Assembly (NCBI RefSeq): GCF_006345805.1
Contig: NW_021836770.1
Location: 1 to 22,413, forward strand
Source of the DNA: Octopus sinensis
Lineage: Eukaryota
Length of the DNA stretch: 22,413 nt
Direction: 5' to 3'
Part shown: positions 9,739-19,796 of the stretch, piece by piece
How positions within the stretch are numbered: position 1 is the stretch's first letter
Layout of the letters: every line of letters begins with the position of its first letter
The notes under the pieces: model-generated
What the model was told of the DNA's origin: nothing
Seen by the model: only the letters and a program-made list of their open reading frames with translations
Databases searched by the model: none
Made by a program: the position numbers and the translations under genes

Positions 9739-10979
9739 GAGGGTGCGTAAAGTATTTGAGGACATACGTTTTTTTGGTCGTTGCTGCATTTTTCCCTAAC
9801 TCTGTATAATCTTTGTTTCAGAAAATAATGGCAGACCCTCAGCTTACTCAAAAATGAAGAGGCATGATGTTAGAAAGGCTGAGCATAGTGATTTAGAAAT
9901 ATCTCGATTTTTAAAAGTTGCCAGACCATTCGTCTACAAAGTTTGTAAGGAGCTACAGACTGAAGATGGAAACACATCACCAGTATCAAAGTATAAAAAG
10001 CATTCTAAACACTCTGAAATCATCAGAACACCTGAGTTTATCCAGCAAGTTCAACAGACCATTGATTACACTCCCAGAAAATCCATGAGGTCAATTGCAA
10101 AAGATCTCCCTGTTTCAGAAGGAACAGTCAGAAATGTTGTCCACGAAGATATCAGATGAAGTTTTATATGATGAGGAAAGGACAATTTGCCAGAAAAAGC
10201 TAAAGAAAATCACTACATCAGATTTAAAAGGCTCTTAAACAAACTGAAAAATCCAGCAGATTTGATTTGGTTTTGCTCAAACGAGAAAAACTTTGACCAA
10301 GATCAAAAAGTTAACAGGAGAAATGACAGATGGTTATGTGCAGACCCTTCTGAAGTTCCAAGTGTTATGCATACAAAATTTCCTGCAACAGTCATGATTT
10401 TAGGGGATGTCAGCAATGAAGGACATATGGTGCCTCTTTACTTCTTTGCACAAGGCCTTAGAGTTAAATCTGCCGCCTACATTGAGATCCTGGAAATAAT
10501 TGTTAAGCCCTGGATAGACAGTGTATGCAATGGAAAGCCATAAGTGTTTCAGTAAGACTCTGCACTATCACACATGGCTCTAGTAACACAGGAATGGATG
10601 GCTGTAAAAATTTTCATGATCACATAACCCCTAACATTTTGCCTCCTAATTCCCCAGATCTCAATCCATTGGACTATTACATGTGGAGCGTTGTTGAGAG
10701 AGAGAGGTCAATGAACATGCCCATAACACCAAAGCTGCAATAGTCAGAGGAATGTCCAAAATGAACCAGGATCGCCTGATTCGAGCATGTAAGATGATTT
10801 AGATCTCATATAGAAGCAGTTGTTGAAGCTGAAGGTGGCTTTAATGAATAAAATTATAGAAAAGAAGGTTTATTTTTATCCGCATAGCATTTTTGATAAA
10901 TAAAATTATTATCTGTTATTATATATCTGTTTTTTTTTTTATAAACATAAATCTGTTCTAAAATAACTTGCGCACCCTG
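9739..10979 (+). mobile_element. Near-complete defective maT-type (DD37D) Tc1/mariner transposon with both TIRs
   Basis: Left GAGGGTGCGTAAAGTATTTGAGGACA versus the reverse complement of the right end CAGGGTGCGCAAGTTATTTTAGAACA; TA after 10979. Confidence 0.9.
9828..10851 (+). pseudogene. maT-type transposase pseudogene
   Basis: ORFs 9854-10159, 10187-10543 and 10525-10743 join. Motifs CSNEKNF (first D mutated to N), FQ*DSA and PPNSPDLNPLDY; 37 residues lie between the 2nd and 3rd D after correcting a 2-nt insertion. Ends EAEGGFNE*. Confidence 0.88.
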
Positions 10980-11139
10980 TATGTATTATGTATGTACGTA
11001 TGCATGTATGTACGTGTATGTATGTATATATATATATCCTCTCATATGTAAATAACTTTATACGTATATAGATTTATATATAGCGTGCGTGTTGTGTGTG
11101 TGTGATATTTATATCTTGTCATATTAAGTTGCGCCTACT

Positions 11140-11925
11140 TACGTGTCGCTATGGCCACTTATATCTCATCGGCGTCCAATTCCATCCACTTATGTCTGGT
11201 CAGTTGTCCTTATCTGGCTTAGTCTCGTTTTATTCAGTTACATCGACAAATATTTACCGATATCCAGCAGTATCCAGCTAAATCTGGCTATGTCCAGTTG
11301 AAAGGAAAAATGGAATCCAAGGCAAACCAATAAGTAAGTTTCGAGTGTCGTGACTTGAGGTGTATTGGGTATTGGGCAGGATCACCATGTTTGGTTCATC
11401 ACAATTCACATCTAATCCATGCTTGTTATTATTATTATTTTTTTGCCGATTGTAACTTCATTTAAATCTGGTTAACTGAAATAATGTCCACCTATGTCGA
11501 GTTATCTCCATTTATATCTAGTTACCTATATTTTTATTTGGTTATACCTTGTTCTTTCCAGTTACGCTTCGTTATTTCCAGTTACATATATCTCCATTTA
11601 CGTCCGCCTATCTCAAATTCTTCCCACTTATATCTACTTACCTCTCTTAATATTCTAGTTATCTTCAGTTATATTTAGCTGTCTCCTGCTATATTCAGTT
11701 ATTTTCAGTTATACCCAGTTACATCTAATTCGGTTCGGTTTTCTTCAATTATACCTATGTATATATGGTTAAGTCAAGTTATGTGTAGTTACCTCTGGTT
11801 ATGTTCAATTATGCTCGGTTATGTCTGGTCATGTTTAGCAATGTGCAATTATGCCAGTTATGCCCAGTTATATCCTGTTATATTTAGTTATATCCAGTTA
11901 TCCTGCTGTATCCACTTATTTTTGT
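11140..11925. repeat. Degenerate 10-bp minisatellite, consensus about TATRTYYAGT, interrupted at ~11298-11480
   Basis: Consecutive units from 11820: tatgtctggt catgtttagc aatgtgcaat tatgccagt tatgcccagt tatatcctgt tatatttagt tatatccagt. Confidence 0.75.
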
Positions 11926-12264
11926 TTATTTAGACTCAAAATTATTTCGATGCGATGGCGGATTCCTACTAAATATTTCAACGTAGAAGGAAAGGCGTTG
12001 TAAAAATAAGCCTTTAATTTAATGAAACAAACTTAATGCTATTTTACAATCTTGTTTTTCATTGCAACAGTCGTTTTCACACTAGTCTGATAAGGGAATC
12101 ACGCTAAATGAGCCAAAACCCCAGCAGCTACGACTCTCAATGATTCTAACAATATATAGCAATTATTCAAAGCGTAACACTCGTTTTGCAGATGTATTTA
12201 GTCAGTCAAAGAATATATAATAAGATAGAATTGCTCTATTGATTTGTTCTGCCGATAACAATTA

Positions 12265-12430
12265 CAAAATGTTTTTCTCTGCATTGGCACAAGGCCACAA
12301 ACTAGTTGCAGAGAATTGTTGAGAACTGTATCGCTCTCCAGTATATTCCTGGTACTTGTATCAATCGTTAAGAAATACGGAGTAAAAGACAAGAGGAGCA
12401 ATTCAAAGATTTGAACTCTAAAAGGAGGAA
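12265..12430 (-). mobile_element. Very old SINE family C relic
   Basis: TTGGCACAAGGCCA (tail) ... CTGGTACTTGT ... GATTTGAACTC (B-box reverse complement) in the family C order. Confidence 0.45.
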
Positions 12431-12669
12431 GTCAATAAGATAAGTCGAACATTATCCCATTTCTGTAACCTCATCACTTTAATAAAAGCGATTTCTTGCA
12501 ACAGAATATATCAGAATCAGGTCCCAAATCAGCTGTTGTGGTCTATATTAAACACAATCGATGTCGATATATAGTCTAATGTTTATTTCGTACTTTATTT
12601 TTCGTAAATTTCATACCAAGCCGATATAATTCCTCAGAGGAAGTCGCAAAATGCTTGTTTGTCGATCCG

Positions 12670-12765
12670 GTGGTATAAAAACTGACTTGTTTGGTTGATG
12701 CTTGGAGAGATTAAAAGCAAACAATCAACGGTAAAATTTGAACTCGGAACGCAAAAGACATGTAA
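12670..12765 (-). mobile_element. Possible very old SINE family C relic
   Basis: AAATTTGAACTCGGAACGCAAAAGAC resembles the family C head in reverse complement. Confidence 0.3.
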
Positions 12766-13017
12766 GAATTATTCCAGCTTTCTTTCCTTTTCAGTGAGTT
12801 TGTCATAGGAAGAACGATCATTTCTAACAATAGCACACGGCATCACATTTTGGACAGTAAAACAACAAGCAGGATAATTGTAGTAGTAACCATGGCAATA
12901 TGAAATTCCACAACAACAACACTAACGATTGACGCCATGATGAAAGATTAAATATGTTGCTAGCTTTATTGTATAAAACTGATACAACCTGTAACACGAA
13001 AAAAAGGTTTGCTTCCA

Positions 13018-13139
13018 TGATACATACATACACATTCAGACACACTCATATACATACACACAAACGAACACGTACATACATACGCATGTACGCTACCATA
13101 CATATATACATATATAAATATATACATATATACATACAT

Positions 13140-13170
<31 letters not shown>

Positions 13171-13345
13171 CATACACACGAGCACACAAGCACACATGCA
13201 CACACCCCGTACACACTCATATATATACATATATAAATACATTATGCAATCGCACATACATATGCACATATGCATACATACATACATATATACATACATA
13301 CAAAAATACATACATGCATATATACATACATAGATAATACAATAC
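13018..13345. repeat. Degenerate (CA)/(CATA)/(TA) microsatellite
   Basis: Directly visible. Confidence 0.9.
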
Positions 13346-13379
13346 TAAAATAGTGGTAGTAGGCAGATATAATTTTAAT

Positions 13380-14482
13380 GTAAAATTTATTACAAGAAAA
13401 ACATTTATCACTCAATATGGCGGCCCTTTTGGGCAATTACTGTCCCCACACGAGAACAAATTTTTATTTGCAGCGGCCGCAACCTCCGTCTTGTTTCTTT
13501 TGCGTGTCGTACGCACGAGGCAGGTCGAGTGTGAAGCGTTGGCCCTTGCTTGAAATGCGCGCCATGAAAGGTAATCGAGAAGGTTGAGATTTGGGCTGTT
13601 GCTGGGCCAGATGCTGGCTTTCACAAAAGATGGCACCTTCTCAACAAGGAAGGCCTGTGTTGCTTTGACCCACAGAATGGTGCAAAATCTTGGATAAGCA
13701 CCACATTGTCAACCCCAAATTTCTGCTCCATCCAAGATAACAGAGCTTTTCGGGATGTCCAGATACTCATTTATGCCGATCTTCAAGCCAAACTTAATGA
13801 AGTGTAGAACCATGACACACCCATCACTTGCCACGGCTCCGAATACCATCACAGAAGCAGGATTCTCAGTCTCAAATACAGAGGGAATGCCAGAAGGGTG
13901 TTATGCAATAATTCGAGAATTTCTATGATTTACAGTGAACTTCTCATCTACGAACACGAAAGCCTTTCCTGCACTTTGACGCTTGATGAATGACTGACGT
14001 TTTGGACATCTCTCGGCTCTGATTACTTTGGTTTTAGCTGTTAGGAGGTAACAGCGTCGTCAAACATAGTTAGCCATGCCAAGGTTCCTGTTCACATCGC
14101 GTTTCTTTGAAAGAGTTGTCATGGATGTGGCTTCAATCGAGTGTTTGAGACCAGCGAGAAAGTTTGGATTGTGCCTGGAATCACTTCGAGTATTGTGTTC
14201 TTTTCTATCAACTATTCCTTCTTCTTTAAATTAAAGTGTTGCTTTTGGAAGTTTCATCAACTTAACAATTTTACTGGCAGTGTGCCCGGAGCGCGCCAAA
14301 ACAACTATGGCGCAACAATACTGAGGTTCCATGACTTTCTTTTGTCGAATCACTTCGCTATCTACTTTAAAATAAAGAGGATGATGAGATTTTCAAGCAA
14401 GCAAGATTTTGGCAAGAAATGAAATGTTAAACCCACTAAGTCATCTACTTAAAATTAGTCTCAATTTATCTGCAAGACCCTG
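13380..14482 (-). mobile_element. Second, different maT-type (DD37D) transposon; only the 5' TIR found
   Basis: Minus strand starts TA|CAGGGTCTTGCAGATAAATTGAGAC at 14482. No matching 3' TIR before the microsatellite. Confidence 0.85.
13408..14332 (-). pseudogene. maT-type transposase pseudogene
   Basis: MEPQYCCAIVVLARSGHTASKIVKLMKLP..., FVFVDEKF, NPASVMVFGAVASDG, LIQDFAP, WPSNSPNLNLLDY; 37 residues between the 2nd and 3rd D after correcting a 1-nt deletion. Ends KGRHIE*. Confidence 0.85.
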
Positions 14483-14484
14483 TA

Positions 14485-14494
14485 CATGTGTACG

Positions 14495-14580
<86 letters not shown>
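14485..14580. repeat. (TA)n
   Basis: Directly visible. Confidence 0.95.
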
Positions 14581-14581
<1 letters not shown>

Positions 14582-14596
14582 ACGTACATTCAGACA

Positions 14597-14809
14597 ACGC
14601 TGCTTCGAAACTTTTAGCTTTTAAACGCAGATTAGAAAATCGCATTTATACCAATAATAATTGGTACACTTGGATTTGTAAGTAAATGTCTAAGTGACAC
14701 ACTGAATAAGCTAGAGTTTTCAGAAAAAGAAATCAACCAGCTAATTTGCACATTACGAATACAATCTGTTGACATAAGACTGGAAATATGCAAGACTTTT
14801 CGAATTTGA
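14597..14809 (+). pseudogene. Fragment resembling the ORF C-terminus of an RLE-type non-LTR retrotransposon (R4/Dong/NeSL-like)
   Basis: One frame reads TLLRNF*LLNAD*KIAFIPIIIGTLGFVSKCLSDTLNKLEFSEKEINQLICTLRIQSVDIRLEICKTFRI*. The hydrophobic-P-x-x-x-G-x-L-G motif is typical of the end of the RLE domain. Recognised by eye. Confidence 0.6.
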
Positions 14810-14982
14810 AATGCAAATTTGCTTTCGTTATCTACATTCCAGACATGGAGCTTTGTGTATTTGTGAAAAATTAGCTCCTTCCTAATAGGAAGGTTTCAAA
14901 TTATTAGAAATAAAAAAACACATACATGCATATATGTATGCATACATACTTGCATGCATACATACATGCATACATGCATATA

Positions 14983-15527
14983 CAGGTTTATTAAAAAAAT
15001 GAACCCATTTCATTACGCAATAAATGAATAAGTAAAAACAATAGAAAATTCCAGCTAAGTCACAAGTATTTACTCACAATCAACTTTTATTTCCTGCCTT
15101 ACAAGTGTTCAATGTGACCACCACCTGCAGCACGGACAACACCAATGAGACAAGAGAATTCCTCCTAGACGCATATCAGCATATCACGATCCACTGTGTG
15201 CGAGATTTTTTTCCGGTTGGGATATGTAAAAGATCGCGTTTATGTTCCACCGCTACCCACTAACCTCGATGACCTTAAACATCGAATAACAACAGCGATC
15301 AACTCAGTGGATCGTGATATGCTGATACGTGTCTGGGAGGAATTCTCTTATCTCATTGATGTTGTCCGTGCTGCAGGTGGTGGCCACATTGAACACTTGT
15401 AAGACAGGAAATAAATGTTGATTGTGAGTAAATAATTGTGACTTAGCTGGAGATTTCTATTGCTTTTACTTATTGCGTTATGAAATATTGCGTAATAAAA
15501 TCGGTTCATTCATTTTGAATAACCCTG
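14983..15527. mobile_element. Fold-back non-autonomous Tc1/mariner element (~215-bp inverted arms) derived from a transposase 3' end
   Basis: TA|CAGG...CCTG|TA ends. Arms 14983-15196 and 15305-15527 are reverse complements. ORF 15196-15402 (..LGYVKDRVYVPPLP..RAAGGGHIEHL*) resembles the DFFLWGYVK...GGHIE C-terminus of Tc1/mariner transposases. Confidence 0.9.
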
Positions 15528-15579
15528 TATACATACATACATCCATAAATACATGCATACATACATACATGCATGCATG

Positions 15580-15610
<31 letters not shown>

Positions 15611-15835
15611 TCATGCATAAATACAAGCATACATACACACGTGCATGCATGCATACATACATACATACATACATGCATACATACATGCATGCATGCATAC
15701 ATACATACATACATACGTACATACATACATTCATGCATACATACATAACTACATACATACATATATACATACATGCATGCATACATACATACTTACATAC
15801 ATATACATAGATACATACATACATTCATACATGCA
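15528..15835. repeat. (CATA)n/(CATG)n compound tetranucleotide repeat
   Basis: Directly visible. Confidence 0.95.
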
Positions 15836-15939
15836 CAAATATAATGGAATCTGTACCAAGGATGATCAATCAAGTAATCTAAGACTAGAATAATGATGAT
15901 AATGATAATAATGGTCCTGTGAAGTTTCCGGATGCGATA

Positions 15940-16050
15940 AATCAATAATCTATAATGTGCTTACAGTACCAGAAACCATTCTGGATTTTCGATTGGACGC
16001 TGGAAGAGATCCGGGTCATCGATGCTGAAACACACAAAACAATCTTTACC
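15940..16050 (+). pseudogene. Possible post-RT fragment of an RLE-type (R4/Dong-like) non-LTR element
   Basis: With one frameshift: IIYNVLTVP / FWIFDWTLEEIRVIDAETHKTIFT, resembling the W-T-x-x-E-L-x-x-L-D-x-K-T-R-K motif. Short, so tentative. Confidence 0.4.
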
Positions 16051-16054
16051 GATA

Positions 16055-16183
16055 GGCGTAGGTGTGGTTGTGTGGTAAGATGTTAGCTTTCCAACAACAT
16101 GCTTCCGGGTTCAGTCGCACTACGCGGGATCTTCGGTAAGCTTTGTGAGTAGATTTCGTAGACGACAGCTGAAAGAGGCCCTC
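16055..16183 (+). mobile_element. SINE family AB head, internally deleted
   Basis: GGCGTAGGTGTGGTTGTGTGGTAAG head; CCGGGTTCAGTCGCAC B-box-like; runs into (CA)n. Confidence 0.75.
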
Positions 16184-16417
16184 CACACACACACACACAC
16201 ACATATGTATATATGCATGCGTCCATACATACACACATACACACACACATATATGTGTATGTATATTTATGTAATATATGTGTATATATATGGTATATAT
16301 GTATGTGTGTATATATATATATATATATATGTGTGGTGTGTGTGTGTGCGCGCGTGTGTGCGTGTATGTGTGTGTATATATATATATATAATATATATAT
16401 ATATATACACATATATA
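16184..16417. repeat. (CA)/(TA)/(TG) compound microsatellite
   Basis: Directly visible. Confidence 0.9.
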
Positions 16418-17357
16418 TGATGGCCGTCCACTAGTTACCGAGGAAGACCATTACTGACCTTCAGGACCATTGTGCGCTCTAGGACTAACTTATATTTTGC
16501 ATTTGCGGATCCGTTGGTGTCTAATGAGCCCTGCTCTTGACAAGCATACACGACTGCAAACATTGCAAACCAAGCTTACCCCATTCACTATACGAGCCGT
16601 GCGCTTTCGATCAGCACGCTTAAGCTATTCCTGAAGAATACGCTCTCTTTCAAAGGTGTCGACCCTCTCCTTAACCTGCTTCCTCCATCTGTGGTGATGA
16701 CGGGCGTTGTTCTCCCAGTCTCCCGCATACTACAAGCCTTTAATGAAGACTTGACACTGTCCTTAGATCGCAACCTTGGTTTCTGCCGAAGTCTATTTCC
16801 ATTCACAAGTTCCCCATATAGCATCTGCTTAGGGATCCTGGTATCCTTCATTCTAATAAGGTATCTAGTTCAATGTAACCAGTGCTTGTGCACCATCGCC
16901 TCAATACTCAAGATATCAGCTGTTCTCAGGACCTGCGTGTCTGGAGTTTTTAAGATCCAGCCAACATTAAGAATGTGTCTCAGAGATCTCTGATAAAAAG
17001 CGTTCAAGGACCCTTACATGGCGTTTGTAAAGGGTCCATGTCTCACATGAGTATAGAGCGAGTACATATGCACGGTACAGAGCAATTTTTGTTTACCTTG
17101 TGATGCCATGCTGGGATCAGACTCGAGACTGAAGAGACTGGAAGGAATCAGTTGCTCTCTGCAGCCTGAAAGATATTTCATTATCTAGGGAGCAGGAACG
17201 GCTAAGTGTGCTGCCCAGATATACAAACTTGTCTACTACTTTCGGAATTGTTCCTTCAACCAAAATTGAGTCGCAGGCAACCCGACCATGCAGCAAGTTG
17301 TACTGGATTCCATGTTACCAGTAGCAACTTATGAGAGCTTCGTAAGTGACCTGACAT
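16418..17357 (-). mobile_element. RTE-type LINE 3' remnant
   Basis: KVVDKFVYLGSTLSRSCSLDNEI.., YSCETWTLYKRHVRVLERFYQRSLRHIL, RMKDTRIPKQMLYGELVNG.R...P.LR.KD (ORF 16588-16851); these are RTE-clade post-RT motifs. Short 3' UTR ending GGACGGCCATCA before TA repeats. Confidence 0.88.
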
Positions 17358-17441
17358 ATATGCGTATATATATATATAATATATATATATATATGTATGT
17401 ATGTATGTATGTATATGTATATATGTTTGTTATATATATAT

Positions 17442-17498
<57 letters not shown>

Positions 17499-17500
17499 TG
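17358..17500. repeat. (TA)/(TATG) microsatellite
   Basis: Directly visible. Confidence 0.9.
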
Positions 17501-17584
17501 TGTGTTGAATCCCACCGGTTTCGATCTGTTTACGGCGCGGTAACTAGGAAGCTATGTACCGAAAAAAATGAGAGCTGGGGTTGA

Positions 17585-17730
17585 TTCGTAAACACACCGA
17601 CGTAAACACACCGACATCGGTTGTCAAGCGATGGTGGGGGACAAACACAGACACATAAACATACACACACACATGCACACACACACACATATATATATAT
17701 ATATACATACGACGGGTTTCTTTCAGTTTC
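17585..17730 (-). mobile_element. SINE family AB central part linking both halves across an internal CA/TA microsatellite
   Basis: CATCGGTTGTCAAGCGATGGTGGGGGACAAACACAGAC-(CA/TA)n-CGACGGGTTTCTTTCAGTTTC; includes the 14-bp tandem duplication CGTAAACACACCGA at 17587-17614. Confidence 0.8.
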
Positions 17731-17734
17731 TGTG

Positions 17735-18046
17735 TTAGAGCGTCCAGTTTACGATCGTGAGGTTGTGATTTCGAATCTCGGACCGGGCTGCGTGTTGTGT
17801 TCTTGAGCAAGACACTTTATTCCACGTTGCTGCAGTTCACTCAGCTGTAGAAATGAGTAGCGGGGTATCAGATGCCAAGCTATATCGGCCTTTGCCTTTC
17901 CCTTGGATAAAATTGGTGGCATGGAGAGGGGAGGCCGGTATGCATCGGTAACTGCTGGTGTTCCATAAACAACCTTGCCCGGACTTGTGTCTAGGAGGGT
18001 AACTTTCTAGGTGCAATCTCATAGTCAGTCATGACCGAAGGGGGTC
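17735..18046 (+). mobile_element. tRNA-headed SINE family D
   Basis: tRNA-like head TTAGAGCGTC...ACGATCGTGAGGTTGTGATTTCGAATCTCGGACCGGG, then GTGTTCTTGAGCAAGACACTT...CTCAGCTGTAGAAATGAGTA, a segment type common after the tRNA head in animal SINEs. Single copy in the window. Confidence 0.65.
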
Positions 18047-18054
18047 CAGCTCAG

Positions 18055-18089
<35 letters not shown>

Positions 18090-18108
18090 ATATATATATA
18101 TATATATG

Positions 18109-18226
18109 CTCCGTCTACCAAAACCACTCACAATGCTTTGGTCGGTCCGAGGCTATTGTAGAAGACACTTGACCAAGGTGTCATGCAGTCGGGAAGCAAG
18201 TTTCTTATAACGCAGTCACACCTGCA
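18109..18226 (-). mobile_element. SINE family AB head, B-box region deleted
   Basis: CCGTCTACCAAAACCACTCACAATGCTTTGGTCGG...GAAGACACTTGACCAAGG matches 5570-5640. Confidence 0.8.
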
Positions 18227-18287
18227 TTCATATGAAACATGCTTTCCCCTGCCGGGAATCGAACTCAGGCTGCAATACACGCATATA

Positions 18288-18339
18288 GGTGTGTGTGTAT
18301 GTGTGTGTGTATGTGTGTGTATGTATGTGTGTGTGTGTG

Positions 18340-18410
<71 letters not shown>
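18288..18410. repeat. (TG)n
   Basis: Directly visible. Confidence 0.95.
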
Positions 18411-18412
<2 letters not shown>

Positions 18413-18535
18413 TTATCTTTCATGTTTTGGAAAATTCATTTTCACAAAACTGGTGCTGAGATCGCTATTCTTGTATACAATTATTCCAGTAAGAAAATTG
18501 TAGAGTTTTCCTCAGTTAGCCATTGACTAATAGAA

Positions 18536-18662
18536 TAACTACCAGGCTTAAAAAGTAAAATTAAAATACAAGCCCTGGGGACGACTCATTTAATGAAAAT
18601 TCTCTGGGGCGGTGCCCCAGCATGGCAGCAGTCTAATGATTGAAACAAGTAAAAGATAATGA
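18536..18662 (+). mobile_element. SINE family AB 3' end
   Basis: GCGGTGCCCCAGCATGGCAGCAGTCTAATGATTGAAACAAGTAAAAGAT. Confidence 0.75.
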
Positions 18663-19392
18663 TCTATATACTACCACCCGGAACTTATATCTACTACATA
18701 TAACTAATACATCATTTTTAAACATCCAAGGAAAATAACCCATTCACTCCTGAAACGGATCCTTATATATAGCCAAGGAAAATAACCCATTCATGCTCGT
18801 AAATTACTTCGTGTAAATCAAATTGAGTATGCTTATTTCTTAGTATTTAAACTATTTATTTTCGCAATTTATCCAGTACAATGCTCAAAAAAGTAAATAG
18901 TATTTTCCTAAACAATAGATCCACTTATTTCGGTTAGCGACTTATTCACGAATATACCAACACTAGCGCTGCTGAGAGTAATATTCTCTGCGAACACACA
19001 AAAGCCCTTTTCAGAGTTATTTACTTTGAATTGTTATTATCTCATATCTGATTAGCCTGTTATTACGTAACATGCTTCACGATTTTAGTATACAGACCTT
19101 ATTAGTATTTCTTCCAAAGTTCTATATACCCTGTGAACTTATTGAAGCCCTTTTCTGGGCTACTTTATTTGAATGCTTATTATCGGGTAATTCATTTCAT
19201 GTTATTACATAACTGATTTCACAATTTGGGTATTCATAACTTATTGTGGATTCCTAAAAACAAGATCCTGTGTAACGCAGTTCGGTATTCTCAATAAATG
19301 CACAAAACCCGTTTTAAGGGCTACATAATTTGTATTGCTGCTATTGGATTAGCGAAGCAATTATGAGAGAATTACCGGGTAAGTCAGCTAGT

Positions 19393-19601
19393 ATATATAT
19401 ATATATATATATATAATAATATATATATTATGTGTTGTATATATGCATATATACATATATGTACATACATACATATATATTATATCGGTAAGCATATATG
19501 GGTGCAGGACGTCACAAAACCTAAACAACATGAAATACGAAAATAACGTGGAAATGCAAAGAACGAGAGAAACAATAGAAAAACAAGACAGACGAGATAG
19601 T

Positions 19602-19632
<31 letters not shown>

Positions 19633-19681
19633 TATATATATTATATATATATATATAGATATATATATATATATATTATAC

Positions 19682-19723
<42 letters not shown>

Positions 19724-19775
19724 TATATATATATATAATATATATATATATATTATATATATATATATATATATG
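19393..19775. repeat. (TA)n arrays with a ~110-bp complex insert (19490-19600)
   Basis: Directly visible. Confidence 0.85.
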
Positions 19776-19796
19776 TACTGTGATGTGTGTTTCTTT

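Noticed and set aside
13340-13400. 3' TIR of the second maT element
   Set aside because: No CAGGGTCTTGC-like sequence found on + between 12900 and 13400.
18010-18046. SINE D tail as a match to the RTE 3' UTR (GTCAGTCATG versus GTCAGTAATG)
   Set aside because: The match is about 10 nt and not at the RTE terminus.
18726-18793. CRISPR-like repeat-spacer-repeat
   Set aside because: Only two repeats, eukaryotic context, no cas genes.
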